A stretch of DNA of 60,331 nt, filler included, from Sphacelaria rigidula (Eukaryota): assembly GCA_964200075.2 (NCBI GenBank). It is 9 parts of 9 records of this genome, joined end to end, with 100 filler letters (N's around TTAATTAATTAA, not from the genome) between each part and the next. Parts side by side here need not be neighbours in the genome. Positions count along the whole stretch, not along the records: positions 20,146 to 26,760 come from CAXNAA020019050.1; positions 26,861 to 33,475 come from CAXNAA020019051.1; positions 33,576 to 40,189 come from CAXNAA020019052.1; 6 more parts are not named here. One strand, 5' to 3'. The notes beneath the pieces are model-generated. The model worked only from the letters and a program-made list of their open reading frames with translations. It had not been told where the DNA came from and did no database searches. Below, one piece after another: positions 24,601 through 37,290 of this stretch. How positions within the stretch are numbered: the stretch's first letter is position 1; the number at the start of each line of letters is the position of its first letter. Both the position numbers and the translations under genes were made by a program.

Positions 24601-25916
24601 TGTCGCTCTTTCTGAGCGACAGCTTGAGCTCGAACCTTGCCTTGTCTACCTTGATGATGGCGGCCTCCTTGAGTTGGTTCTTCTTCACCACAGTATTCAG
24701 GTTGGCCACCTGATGCACGCGGCGGCGGCGGGGAGGAAGGAATAATTCGCGAAGTCCACGAAAAGTATCTTGATGTCTGTATCGGATTGATTGATGCCAC
24801 AACATGCACGAACCATCGAGATGTATCCTGTCTCACGGCGAAGATCGTTGCGATAAGGGCGGGGAAAGACCGGACCTGAAAGGCCCAGTCCCGCATCTAT
24901 TTGTGAAAGCTCGTGACCCGCGATAGCCACGTGTGCCATCCTCCAGAACTCGAGACTACGGTAGAGGTCGGAGACATACACCGGATCACTGCTCCGTCTA
25001 CCCTACAGCGTGCCATCGTTCTGCACTCAACTCTCGGGGTAGACCTGGCACACTTCGAGCGTGTTTTCATCTCGCACGCATGTTATGAACTGTACTTCCG
25101 ACACTTTCTGCGATAGCCCCCTTCCGAAATGTAGCTGGTTTTGGGATATAACATTTTCACTTGAATCGAAGGAAGCAATGAAGGAAGCCGAGCACAACGA
25201 GCCCATGTGAAGTGTTGAACGCAGCCTGAAACCAAACATCAGGCGCGGTATGACAATTTTCTTCGTGACAGTTTTGGGCAATTTTTTTTTTGGGGGGGGN
25301 NNNNNNNNGACGTGGTATAACAAATATCTTTTGGAAGGTGTAGGGCGAGTTTGTTGGGGGGGGGGGGGGGGGAAAGCTATCGTAGAAAGTGTCTTCCTTT
25401 GAAGCTACCTCTGTACTGTTGCTCCTGTTGCTGCTGCTACAACGTACATACAATTCCATTGATCAGGAGGTTCCTGAAAACAACGACTTTCCCCTCCTTC
25501 AACTTTGAATCGACAACATTTGGAATTTGAACCGTCATAACTTTCGGATCGTTTCTCATCGAATGATGGGAACACATTTGTGCAAAGTCACATATAACGT
25601 GCTCAGCTGATGAGTAGCCACGCCTTTTTCTCCAAACAATGACACGTGCCACTACGTAACGCACACGACGGTCATCGTTTCTCATATTTGTTGCGTCATC
25701 AGTCCGCTCCGTGGCGGCGTAAGCCACCGAAACCCTTGTAATTAGATGCATGCAATTTTTCTTGCACTGTACCTGCCCTGTAATGGGGTCATTAGGAAGC
25801 ACATCGTCGGTGACGTAGTCGGTGGGGACGAACCCGAACAACCCCGGGCCGCCTTCCAGCTTCACCTTGACTCCGTGCTCGTTATGCCTCAACACGCGGA
25901 CGGGCACAAGCACACC
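20344..25916 (-). CDS. SPT6: Transcription elongation factor SPT6, partial (S1 domain and first SH2 domain). Exons 25773-25916, 24581-24709, 22561-22704, 21977-22105, 21286-21396, 20344-20484
   Basis: GT-AG exons splice in frame to give S1-like GVKVKLEGG..GFV, RTIMHPQYKNF..AEKYL, GEALIRPSSKGSDHLSLTW and LKIKGEEYEDLDEII. Confidence 0.92.
21484..21559 (-). repeat. Structured poly(C) repeat, subfamily B
   Basis: Minus strand CCGTCTCGAAAGGGATGCGTGGTCAATAGTCAAACGACTAAGGCAAGCAACAAATGAGTACG+C-run. Confidence 0.8.
23800..24110. mobile_element. piggyBac-like MITE (left boundary approximate)
   Basis: Ends in GGG|TTAA; internal inverted repeat 23865-23902 / 24027-24066; homologous to 6528-6615. Confidence 0.5.
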
Positions 25917-26682
25917 CTGGGGTAATCAGGGGTGGACGGGCAGGATCAATGAAAAGAGAGATGGAGGACAACAGACAACAGACAACAGACAGAAGACCGA
26001 CAAAAACGAAACAAGGAGACATAAACACAGACGACGGGCAAGACAGAAACGCAGATGACAAACGGGACGCAAAGATGAAAGAGGGCAAACAGGTATAAAA
26101 TAGACACACAGCAGATGGGCAGGCAGAGACAAAACAAACAGGTTCAAAACACACGCACACATAGAGGACGAATGGGGCCCACTAACAGCAGGTATAGAAG
26201 ACACGTGGAGGGCCCGGAGACGAACGCAGACACAAGAGACGAAACAGAGCCAACGACCGGGTACGACAGGCATTTCTTACACCTCCGTCGAAAAGTCGCA
26301 AAGCGCCTGAAATGAGCCGCACCACATAATTTCATCATCTGTCCACATAACCCGGTACACGGGGAAAATCACTTGAAAGTGCTCACCGAGGATTCATTAT
26401 TTCGCCACAAAATCCATCACTCTTACGACGAACAACCCAGACGCCACTGTTAAGGTTCAATCCTCTGCCCCTCAATTGGCTTGCCATCTGCCACAACCAC
26501 CGGAATCTGGGGCTTACCGAGCTTCAAACTGGGTCGAAGGGATCGAGCGATATACGTTGTAGTAGTAAGTGGATTGAGTCGTGTACAGGGAATGCGCAAC
26601 CTCGTGTCGTATTCGTAACCACACATAGGGACAAAAAAAATCTCAAGAGGGAGGCAACGGGTGTACCCATCTGGAATGCCGT

Positions 26683-26760
26683 GGGGAGGGAAGAGGGGGG
26701 GTGTACTCATGATCATGCATGCCATAGTCAGAACACAATTGACCTCGCATCCCTACAAAG
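26683..26760 (-). repeat. Structured poly(C) repeat, subfamily A, cut by contig end
   Basis: G-run GTACTCATGATCATGCATGCCATAGTC...TTGACCTCGCATCCCTACAAAG. Confidence 0.8.
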
Positions 26761-26962
26761 NNNNNNNNNNNNNNNNNNNNNNNNNNNNNNNNNNNNNNNN
26801 NNNNTTAATTAATTAANNNNNNNNNNNNNNNNNNNNNNNNNNNNNNNNNNNNNNNNNNNNTCCAGAGTGTGTGCACTGGGGTCCCTAGCAGTCAACTCCA
26901 AACATAGCCACCAGGCTATACCCCACCCTTTCTCTTTTTGGGCCAATTTTATATGATGGCAG

Positions 26963-29900
26963 GGAGCAGTCGCAGCGGTGTGTGCGTCTCGCTGGAATTC
27001 GACAAACCGGAACACGTGGTGTCAATGACTCCCGCAAAGCAGACAGAGTACTGGGAAAGAGGCGGGCGCTTGTCGGTCGGTAGGTGCTGAGCGCCTTATC
27101 ACAGTGGATATATATTGAAGTAATAGCTTTCATCGGATGTGCGAATCGATGTCGTCAGGTATTAGTAGATACCTGAATGTGCGAGTGATTTTACTCAACC
27201 AACTGTGCTCTTGGTCGCTGTAAGTGTGTGGGCTTACAGCATGCATGATGGCAGCATATATAATGCTTGGGGCGTGAAACCAGCAAAGGTGCGAGTGACG
27301 CTACAATAGGGGGGCGGGTGTTTGGTCCGACGGAAAACACAGGCTCACAAGTGTCGGAAGACGTAACTACTCGCGGTGCGCTTGTCTTGGGGCGAAAATG
27401 ATATCAGGGAGTATGAATTAGTGTGCCCTATTGGTAACAATCGCGTTCAAATAACTCTTGCTGCCTTAAACGACGATTTGAGGTAGAATTTCGTAGAATA
27501 AATGGCCCAAAGCAGCCTCCCCCCCATATTTGCGTGTCGATTCCCGGTAACTGCAAAAACAGCCCCACTTGATGGGATTCTCGAACAGTAGTGACACACT
27601 CCCCAGCGATACCGGGCGTCCATGTGTGTTTTTAAAATGACCTATAATGTCATCTCGATGAACCGCCCCCTGCAACGTTTACTTCTTTGAATGAATGTAT
27701 GTGATTCTAGCAAATATGGTGGTGATCTGCGAGGAAACGGTCGCGAAGAACACCGCCAACAGGGATGCGGAAGACGGCGCCGAGAGCAAAGACGCCGAGC
27801 AAAGTCAGGAACCACTGCTAGTTTTCGCAGTGATATCGGTGAGAATATCCTCCCCCGATAGGCCAGGCTTGTTGCGTTATTGTGTTACATACCCACCTTG
27901 GATATCAAATCTATAATCAACATTGATCTGGGATATCGATGATGGATATGGCTGCCACCCGCTTGTCCTGCTCGGCCGAATCGCCACTCTCGAAGGGTAC
28001 CGTCTTGCATATGTCGACACCTACGGAAAACTGAATACTGTCATGATGTCGAAACGTGCGTACCTTTTCCCCCGTCTCTGTTGCTGTCATCCGAAGGAGC
28101 GGAATGTCAAGAAGCTGTCGGGACACGCTCGACGCGCGACGATTGGCGTTTCGTTTGACAGCAGCGTTGAAACGACGGCAGGGATAGAGAGGATGCTGAC
28201 CCGGAGCGCGCTGCTGGGTGACGGTACGAATTTATCATGCCCGAGGTTACGTGTACTGAGCAATGCTCGGGTAGAGGTGTACTATTTGCGCAAAATCCTG
28301 TCGGGTTCAGGGGCTCCTAACGATTCCACATCCACAATTATATGGGTCAGGGCATTCCCGTTTGCAAATCCATCCGGGAAAATCCCTAGCACATTGAAAT
28401 AGTAATTCTGGTGTACTATCACATATTTCATACGTCGTGTTCTGGATGAGATCAAGGGCTCCCTCCTGACAATTCTAACCTGAGAAAATATTTGTGTACC
28501 CCTACCGTAGCATCGCTCTACTGTAAGCCTGTACACGTCGATCGATTGGGGCGCGGCGCAAGTACACCGCACATCAGGAAGAGCCGCGTTCGCAACCGGC
28601 ATGAACAGTCATTAGTGGTGGGAATTTCACCCCAAACATATTATTTACTCTCGGTTTTTGCGTGTAGTCCAACTGCCAACAGACCTCGTGGTTCGCAATA
28701 ATGACAAACGATACTTTACACTACCTGCGTCTATTGCCCCCCCTTGACTTCAACATCAGTAGGACTGCTGGCGCTACACCCTTCGAGCTCGTAATTGTGC
28801 GCTCGCGGGAATTTCACTACAAATTGTCTAATTTACTGTCAATTTTCACATGCAATCCTAGTGCCGACGGACCCGGTACTTCACAATATTGACAAATGAT
28901 GGTTGCGATGTCTCTATCCTCTTGACTCCAACACCAGGGGGGTTGCTGATGCTGCAACCCTCAAACTCCTACTTCGCATACAGGCCCATCCTCAACGTCC
29001 TCAAAAGCCCGGTGAGATATCCAGAAGGCTACTACAGCACGGTGGTGTCGGAATAAATCTCTGTATCGCCGTCGAACCAATGCGATGGCGTGCGCACCCG
29101 TCGTATTTTGTTGCAGCAGTGAGCACGGAAACACGGACCCGCGTGCGTATCGGGGATCTATCTGCGCTACTGCACGTGCTGCGTTGAATGCCTTGACGGG
29201 TTGACATCGTGAAAGTGTTTTATCGGCACATCGGAAGTGTAAGGGTACACAGCAAACAGGTGTCCCCTGTCTTGAAGCTTTTTTTTGTTACGACTCAGTC
29301 TGCTATGTCGTTCTGTACGATCCCTTTTTTTTTTTACTGTTCCTTCTTTTTCTCAGAGCGTGTTTCAGTTTCGTCTTTTTTGGGTACGTCCATCATGACA
29401 CCACGGCTGAACCCTTGGGGGGTCACTTAAAGTGCGACAATCAATGAATCGATCAATCAATACGTGCAGGGAATCTTGTACCACTGTCGCAAAATTACCT
29501 CTACGCCACCGCCGATTCGTCGTGCTCTGGAGGTTTGATTCTGAGACCACACCAGCGTGCATGTTCCCCACAGCTCACGTGTGCCATGAAAACCCTGGAT
29601 ATCTTCCTCTCGCATTTTCTACACCCTCTTGGGTACGGCAGGCTCGCGACGTCCTTCCTTTCGCTGACACCTTGATTCCATCGGGCCCGGGTACCCCCAT
29701 CGTTCACGAGAGACAGGCGCGGCCACCGAGGTATCTCATGCAACGTGAGTGACTTTTACCGCGACTGCTAGCAGTGTTGGTTGAAAATACACTTGTCTTT
29801 CTATCCCTGGGTGACCTTTCGATGTATGGCACGAGTCGGTGCACCTTATGTCAGTTCGACGGAATAAAGACCATGAAGAGGTTTCATCCTACTCTTTGGG

Positions 29901-32131
29901 GGGAGTGCACGAGATATTCCAGTCGTCAGGAGACGTGTTGCATCGGATCTCAAAGAAACAACGTACTTCCACGTTACATCTATGTCAATCAACTGCGAAG
30001 CGTATAGATGACCTAGGGTAGCAGCAGATAAAAGAGCAATATCAGCAGTATATATTTAGCTATACGATCATGCCTGATTTGACGTGTACGTGTCCCGAGT
30101 GACGTGAAGTGTATTTTGTTGCATGCGTGATCGCACCGTGGGCTCGACTGAACCGATCCCCCACCGCGTTTTCTCTCCTACGCTTGCTCTTCTTCAGTTC
30201 TCTGCGACCAGAAGTGACTGTGCTTTACACTCTTTTGGGCCAAGCGCTCTTGAAAATTCATCTGACTCTCGTCTTTGGCTGCAAGACGCAAGTGAGCTTA
30301 CGCCACTGTACGTCCCCTGCAAGTCCATCTACAGTAGCCTTCCAACAAGCAGTAGGTAAGCTTCCCGCCATACGATCATGTAGTCCATTCCCAACGTCTG
30401 CGTCACTGATGGACATCCGAACTGACTTTCCCCACACAGTATTCTTCGGCCTGAAAACAAAAACACATATCGTACGCCTTTGTGTCGGCATAACTTCCTA
30501 TTTCAGAGGACACCTACGACCTGTCGCACGTGCTAGTACCGGAGGCCTCTGCACCGCACGAGCACAACCCGGCGGCAGATGTTTCGTCAGTCAGCATGCT
30601 TGAGCCGGAGCGATTTCCCATCGCTGAGCTGTTGAAGCACACAACACTCGACAAGGTGATGTTGTTCCCCCCGTTCGTAAAAAACATATCTTTGTTGCAA
30701 TCGGTTGTGGGTCATATCAAATCTATCTTTTTCTGACACATCGTGGCAGGCCCTACTCGTAAAGGGGTATTTTGGCGGTGACCAAATCGATTAGAGGGCA
30801 CACGGGCGACAGGCGGCACTACTACCACCCGTCCGTTACGTGCCCTATATTGCTTTTGAGCTGGATCATGCTCACACTATTGTGATGATGTTCACAAGCC
30901 AAACTGAACGTCACGCCCCCTAGCTGATTCCGAGCGACTGCAAGCAATTCTCCTGCAGGCTGAGTTGCAGACTTTGAAGCCCTTGACAGCAACGGAAGTG
31001 CTTTGCGTGATCTACACCGCTCAGGTAGCCGTGGTAGATCCTCGCAGGTGCTTGAATTCGCCGCTCCGAGATTCGTGCCGAGAGGCGATGTGCTTCAATG
31101 TTGACAACCAAGAAAAGGAAAGCTATATCACGTGGTTGTCCCTCAAACAACGCACTGCAATACCCACCGACAGAAGAAAATATGCGACACCTTGCCGCTA
31201 TACGCTATCACGACAGGCTCAATTGGAGGCGTTGCTTGCGGCGCTGTCGCGAGAGGTTGCCCTTATTCAAGGACCACCGGGCACGGGCAAGGTACAGTCA
31301 GTACTGTGGTAATGTCGCTCACTTCACGGTAGTTCCACGAACGGAAACTTCAAGCTTTGAAGGAGAAGAAGGTACTTACCGTCAACGTCAGCGAATGGAA
31401 TCCGTCAACGGGTTGACATATCTAAGTATCATTGATCAACGACGTTGCCACTGCCTCGTGCGCATTCTCTGCAGACATATGTCGGGGCCAAGGTCGTTCG
31501 GCTTCTGCTGGCGAACAGGGATCGTCTGGGCCACTGGGAAGGGCCGATTATGTGCGTTTGCCTGACCAATCATGCGCTGGATCAGTTCCTCGGGGACCTG
31601 CTTGACGCCGGGGTGGAAGACATCGTAAGGTGACTGTATGGTGTGCTCGCCCTCTGAAAAGGCTGAGTGAATGGAATACTGTAGGTTTTCAGACGTCCTT
31701 CTTCACGGTCGCTTCGTCGTCATTTTGAAGTGCACACTTTTGGTGGGGAGTTGCTTGCCGCCACTCATATTTGCTTGGTATGTAGCTACAAGAGAGTTGT
31801 GTCACTCCATTGCAGTCGACACAGGAATCAAGCTTTACAAGAGCGATATGGACTTTAATGTGCCTGTTGCACCGTTCCCTGCGTGTAGGCAAGGTCTCAC
31901 GTGTCCGAAACGTTGTCCCGCCAACGAAAGGAGTGTTTGGGCAAAGATTCTGTTTTCGTCAACTTACCGGTGGAAAATCGACGCCTCTGCGGTATTTCAA
32001 AGGGATCCAACCTATTAGTTACGCGCACATATCACACCGTGGTTTCCGCCTGTCATTCAGGGTGGGAGGCAGCTGCAAGACCGACCGACTTCAACCGTTT
32101 CTTCTGAGGGAGCTTTCTAAGAACCTCAAAG
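26963..32131 (+). CDS. ZNFX1: ZNFX1-like (UPF1/DNA2-NAM7 family SF1) RNA helicase, partial. Exons 26963-27079, 27711-27838, 28097-28223, 28938-29011, 29642-29744, 30507-30655, 31217-31291, 31475-31629, 32061-32131
   Basis: Phase-compatible exons give EFDKP...YWERGGRL..NMVVIC, LVFAVISER, YFAYRPIL, LPF...PPRYL...YDL, LDKAQLEAL..ALSREVALIQGPPGTGKTYVG, PIMCVCLTNHALDQFL, IVRVGG. Confidence 0.85.
28258..28518. mobile_element. MITE, Sola2-like family, in a ZNFX1 intron
   Basis: TIR GAGCAATGCTCGGGTAG / CTACCGTAGCATCGCTC; TSD TACT at 28254-28257 and 28519-28522. Confidence 0.8.
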
Positions 32132-33405
32132 GCGAGTTATTTTTCGCGCCCATTCGATGAAATACTACAATTTATCGAATCACTTTGTTCATGTACAGTG
32201 TTATGAAGCTCCTCTCCCAAAATCTTTCTTGGCATTGCTGGGTGAGAGGTGCGCGGTAGTCTAGATGTCTTCAATAGGTATAGTGTTCTTCTCAAGGTGA
32301 GTACTTGCTGAGCTCTCTGCAGCTCCGATTTGTGCGGTACATCCGATATTGCAAACCAACCCCGGCGGTCGGCGGTCGTCTTAGCACTCCATAGATTCCG
32401 AGTCTCAAAAGACCCGACGGTGACAGAAAAAAACACACGGCACTAGCTGGTCCGGCCTAACGGCTCACACTTCTCTAGCACACGATAACCGTGTCAGTTT
32501 TCCCCGACTTGATCTGACGTAAGTTATCGCTGTCAAGTTCAGATCAACATGGCGAATACACACTCTACGGTGACGAAAAAGCAAAACCTTACTACATAGT
32601 CTATAACGTCAAACGACATAACCAGATGCTGCAAAGAAATCCATATGTCAGGATGAAAACTCATGACCCTCTCCTCAGCTCGACAACGTGGTGCAAAAAG
32701 TAGAATGCACAGCCCAGGTTTTGGAACTTTGAGCCGCAAAATTGCAAGTATGTTCTATACGTGAATACACAAAAAATAATTTGCTTTAGCCAAAATGTAG
32801 ACATCTATCTAGAGAGGGAGATTTCTTGGTTGAGTTATGACATTTCAAGTTTTGTCAGAATCTTGAAATGGCTCTAACGTGCTACCATATTTTCTTCCCT
32901 CCTATTTTCGTCAAGGCAATGCGTCCTAGCATCGTGATGATGCAAACCTTGTGCCAAATTTCAACTTCTAGCTCTTGGACACGGGCCGTGCAAAGCTGGT
33001 CAAGCGCCAAAACATGCTTCAAGCTGCCCCAGCTCGTATCCGATGAACGGTGACTCCATGATAATGCTAGGATTGACCATGGATCTGAGTCTGGCCCAAA
33101 CTATGCGCACTGTAGACTACCAACGGGCGCAACTGCGGCGCCCGTCAAGATCTCCACAGTATTGATGGTTACCCTGTAAACCTTCTTCTGCCGCGCGTAA
33201 ACACTTTCTAATTCACGTATGTTAAGGTGGGTGCGGCAAGGCAATGTGGGACTTGCGGAAGAGCATGGAGAAAGTTGACGAAGACATCCGCAAAGAGTGG
33301 GAGGTATGAATGACGTGTTGCACGCCGCAGACTTGATTGTACACATCGTTTGAGTAATCGCCAGGCACTTCATGGAGTGCATGCGAGCAGCATTCGCCCC
33401 CACAT

Positions 33406-33461
<56 letters not shown>

Positions 33462-33810
33462 ACGCGGTCCCGACCNNNNNNNNNNNNNNNNNNNNNNNNN
33501 NNNNNNNNNNNNNNNNNNNTTAATTAATTAANNNNNNNNNNNNNNNNNNNNNNNNNNNNNNNNNNNNNNNNNNNNGGAGTAGTTATCGCGGGGTTACCAA
33601 ATATCAACAGCCGGGGCAAACACCTCGCGGTATCAACGTGAGCACAAGAAAAAACAAGCGCCCCGAAAAACGTTCCGGAGAAGGTATCGAATCAAACGGA
33701 ACGACGCCAACGCCCCGGCGCGATCGGCAACATGCGTTATAGCTTTGGCGGGTCATACAGGTACGTGCCGCATACAAAGAACGGGTCTGTGAGCAGAAGT
33801 TGCACCTCAC

Positions 33811-35846
33811 CTCCATACACACGGCGATGACTCCAACGCACTCGCCGTCGGGGGTCATGAGCAAATCCGTGGCGAAGTACTCGATGAAGTACCTGCAACG
33901 GAAGCACACGCGCGCGCATCGTAACATAAGAACCTTCCTATGAATACGTGGATGCGTGAAACACTACATACACGAGAAGGAAGACCTCAGCGCCTCAGAA
34001 CCACCACGCTTGGAGCAACCGAGTTTTTTTTGTGGAATATTTTACAATGTCTTTGTATTGTCGTTTTCTGGCTTTTTACTCAAGAACACCAATGCAATAC
34101 AGCAATGCGGACGGCAAACCAGCATAGCTTCCAAAACATCTCCCCAACTCAATCTCACGTGGTGTCGAAAGCCAAAGATCGGCCGTAGAGGGTGTGGAGC
34201 ATGGCGTGACCAGTGCGATCGGCAGCCGCCGCGCAGCGATACGCTTGCCCTCCCTTCCCGTAGTGCAGAGACTGTCCGCCAAACGCTCGTTGGTAAATCT
34301 TGCCGTCCTCTGTTCGAGAGAACGGTAGACCATACGACTCAAGCTCGAGCACCTGTACAATATTTTCATATCCACAATCAAATGGGTACGTGTGTAGAGT
34401 GGTCGATATCGGCAATGCCCCGCGATATGCGGGGCGCTCCACAACGGCATGTGTGATCTTTCAGCATTATGTGACTCGGCTACTACACCTGCTCGATGAT
34501 ATACATCGAGCATACAGCGGGGGATGAAGGGGGGGGAGGGGGGGCAAGAAGGAAGCAAAAAGCAGGCTCTGGGTGGTACGCGTAGCCTCACCGCGCGCGG
34601 GGCCTCTCGACACATGTAGTGGATAGCATCTTGATCCCCGAGCCAGTCTGAACCTTTCACGGTATCGTACATGTGCCACCTATGGGGAAGAAAGAAAGAA
34701 TCGGTAGGGAGGCATAACAAAACATGCGGGACAAAATGTGCAATATTTCACAGCAAGGAAAGCGTGATGTTAATCGGGGCGGCAAGCGACCGATAGGCAG
34801 CGACCTCCATCCATCCCACCCCGGGTGAACACAAACGTAAATAAGTTTTTCAAGTGGCGCTCCAAAACAAAAGGCAATACAACCGTTCAAAGTCGAGCGG
34901 AGGGTGAATGTTGGGAATCGCATGTGACGACCCGCAGCAACGGCACATCATCTGACGCGTGTTATCGTCTCTGTTGAAACTCGCAAACTTTTCACACTGT
35001 GATCGACCGAGAGGAGACGTGCTTCGTTCATGATTGCAAGATACGATAGCCATGCGGACTACTCACGCTAGGGACCGTCGAAATAATAGTACCGCCAATT
35101 TGCGACGTGGGACAAATCACACCGCGTGGTCTTGAGAAAAAAAAAGTGCGGAAAAAGACAAAAATATTCCATCACAAGTGACCTGGTGGCAGTTGTGCGC
35201 GTAAAAAAGTGTAACTCTCCCCAACAACAACAACAACAACAGAGGAGCTGGCGGCAGTTGTGCGTGTGAATAAGAAAAAAAAACCAACTGGCGTCTCAAA
35301 GAATGCGTTGCGTGCATTAGATGCGGCTAAGTCACGTCGTCTTTCACAACCCTACGTGAGGGCTGCGGGAAAGAGAGAGACAACCCCCCCAGGAAATACA
35401 TTGCAGTGAAAAAAAAAAAAAGCAGCCGCAACCCGCTTCGGAGGAATAGATGGGGACAGCAGCTATTGATAGAACACATCATTCTTAAACGTAGCCTGGA
35501 CCAGAAAGAGCTGGTTAATATCGCCCCGTCCCGCGATCGTAGTAAACATTCGAGAATACTGGCCGAAAAGACGTGAATACGACCCCTGCCCTCCCCCCCC
35601 TCTCCTTCCCTCCCCTGCCCCACTGAAACACGCATTACCCCCCCTCCCAAGAAACCCACCGCCAGTCATCCTCCGTCATGTTCCCCAAGGCTGCGTTGAT
35701 GCCTCCCTGCGCTGCTACAGTATGCGAGCGCGTGGGGAAGAGCTTCGTGATGCACGCGGTTTTCAGTCCCGCCTCCGCGCACCCCATTGCCGCGCGAAGG
35801 CCGGCCCCTCCAGCTCCGACGACAACGGCATCGTATTCGTGATCCA
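33811..35846 (-). CDS. SDHA: Succinate dehydrogenase flavoprotein subunit, mitochondrial, partial. Exons 35660-35846, 34592-34679, 34159-34352, 33811-33892
   Basis: [32 protein letters not shown] (covalent FAD histidine), [46 protein letters not shown]. Confidence 0.97.
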
Positions 35847-36033
35847 CTGGGGCGAAAAATACACGGAAACGCAGAGACAATTTACAGGTTGTACGTGGCA
35901 TGGTTAGCTGTTGCCATGCGAAAAAGGTCCGCCTGAGGCACACGGCCACGCATGCTTGAGAGGACATGTTGTGGAACTGTTTTACAACCCAACAACGGGT
36001 GTGGGGCCGCGGACATCCATCCGCCTAGCGCTT

Positions 36034-36035
<2 letters not shown>

Positions 36036-36094
<59 letters not shown>
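36036..36094. repeat. (CA)n microsatellite
   Basis: About 29 perfect AC units. Confidence 0.95.
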
Positions 36095-36098
<4 letters not shown>

Positions 36099-37290
36099 CG
36101 CTCTGACGTAGTTGCTTCCAAGTCTCAAAGGCATGTGCACTTTTTCCCCAACGTCGACGGGCATGCCATCTGATGCGTCGTCACCTTCCCCCAGGAAAGT
36201 TGCTGACTCATTTGGAAATGCATGTTCGTACTCGAGGAGCAATTGAGCTGCTCTTGTACCTTCTGCTGATGAGAGGATCTTGAGGATATTTGGATGGCGG
36301 TGAAGCCTGTGTGCAGCAACTGCGGCCTCGTGACTTCCGATTGTGCTTACAGTGGAACAAAGTCTCGATGGCTAAGCAACAATCTCACGGTCACTATTCT
36401 GTGCCACATCGTTCACCCAGAGGAGTACAAGAGCCGTGCATCCTGTAAACTGGATGTAAACAGTAGCCGGTCGCCCCCGCAATTCGGTTTCCGAAGTCTC
36501 CGACGGTATCTGATGGATGGATTGATTAATTAATGACAGTCGCACATTCCCTGACCTCCGAGAGATCCTAAAAACTGTTTTTACATTCTCGTCAAATGAA
36601 TGTCCACAAAAATCCAAAACAGCGAAGAAACCCATCCCAACAAATCCAACCCAATAACGTTTGTATCTCTCCATTATTGATATCAAATGTGTTTTTTTTT
36701 CCGCTCCCCCAATGTATTACACTGCATTGTATGCGTCAGGAACCCGTTACTTGACAACATTCAAGTCGTAGTTCTCGGCTTCCAATCGATCGACCGCCGC
36801 GCGCACGACCACCCTGAAGATGGTTCAGGGCTCGATTTGGAGCAGAGGTCGAATATAATGCACAAACGTCAAAGAATCGTGCCTTCGGCGGCATTTCCAG
36901 TACCTCACCCCCCCCAACCCGATCGGCTTCAACTATTGATAGGACTATCATAATAAAAGTCGCCGCTAGTCTCGCTCGCTTGAAATCTAAGCCAAACTCT
37001 GGACACAGCATCGTAGTACAAGCCGCTGCCTGTGGCTACCCTCACCTATTTGGTACTTCGATGTAACATCGCCGGCACTACCGGCGCCCTGTGCACTCCC
37101 AACAATCATTCTTGACACAGGCGTGCCATGGTAATTGCGCCCGGCGGTCTGGTACGGACAGCACACGAAAAACGGTCAGGTGGTGTTGAGGCCTTAACGC
37201 GTATAGCCGCATGTCGGCGTGGAAGGAGGGTACACGATGCCGCGTGTCAAGTTGTCTCAGTGCGCAGGTATTGAAAGCTGTCCTTTGCAG

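Noticed and set aside
36250..36310. Candidate upstream SDHA exon (LHRHPNILKILSSAE)
   Set aside because: Phase-compatible but unlike an SDHA N-terminus; cannot be supported without transcripts
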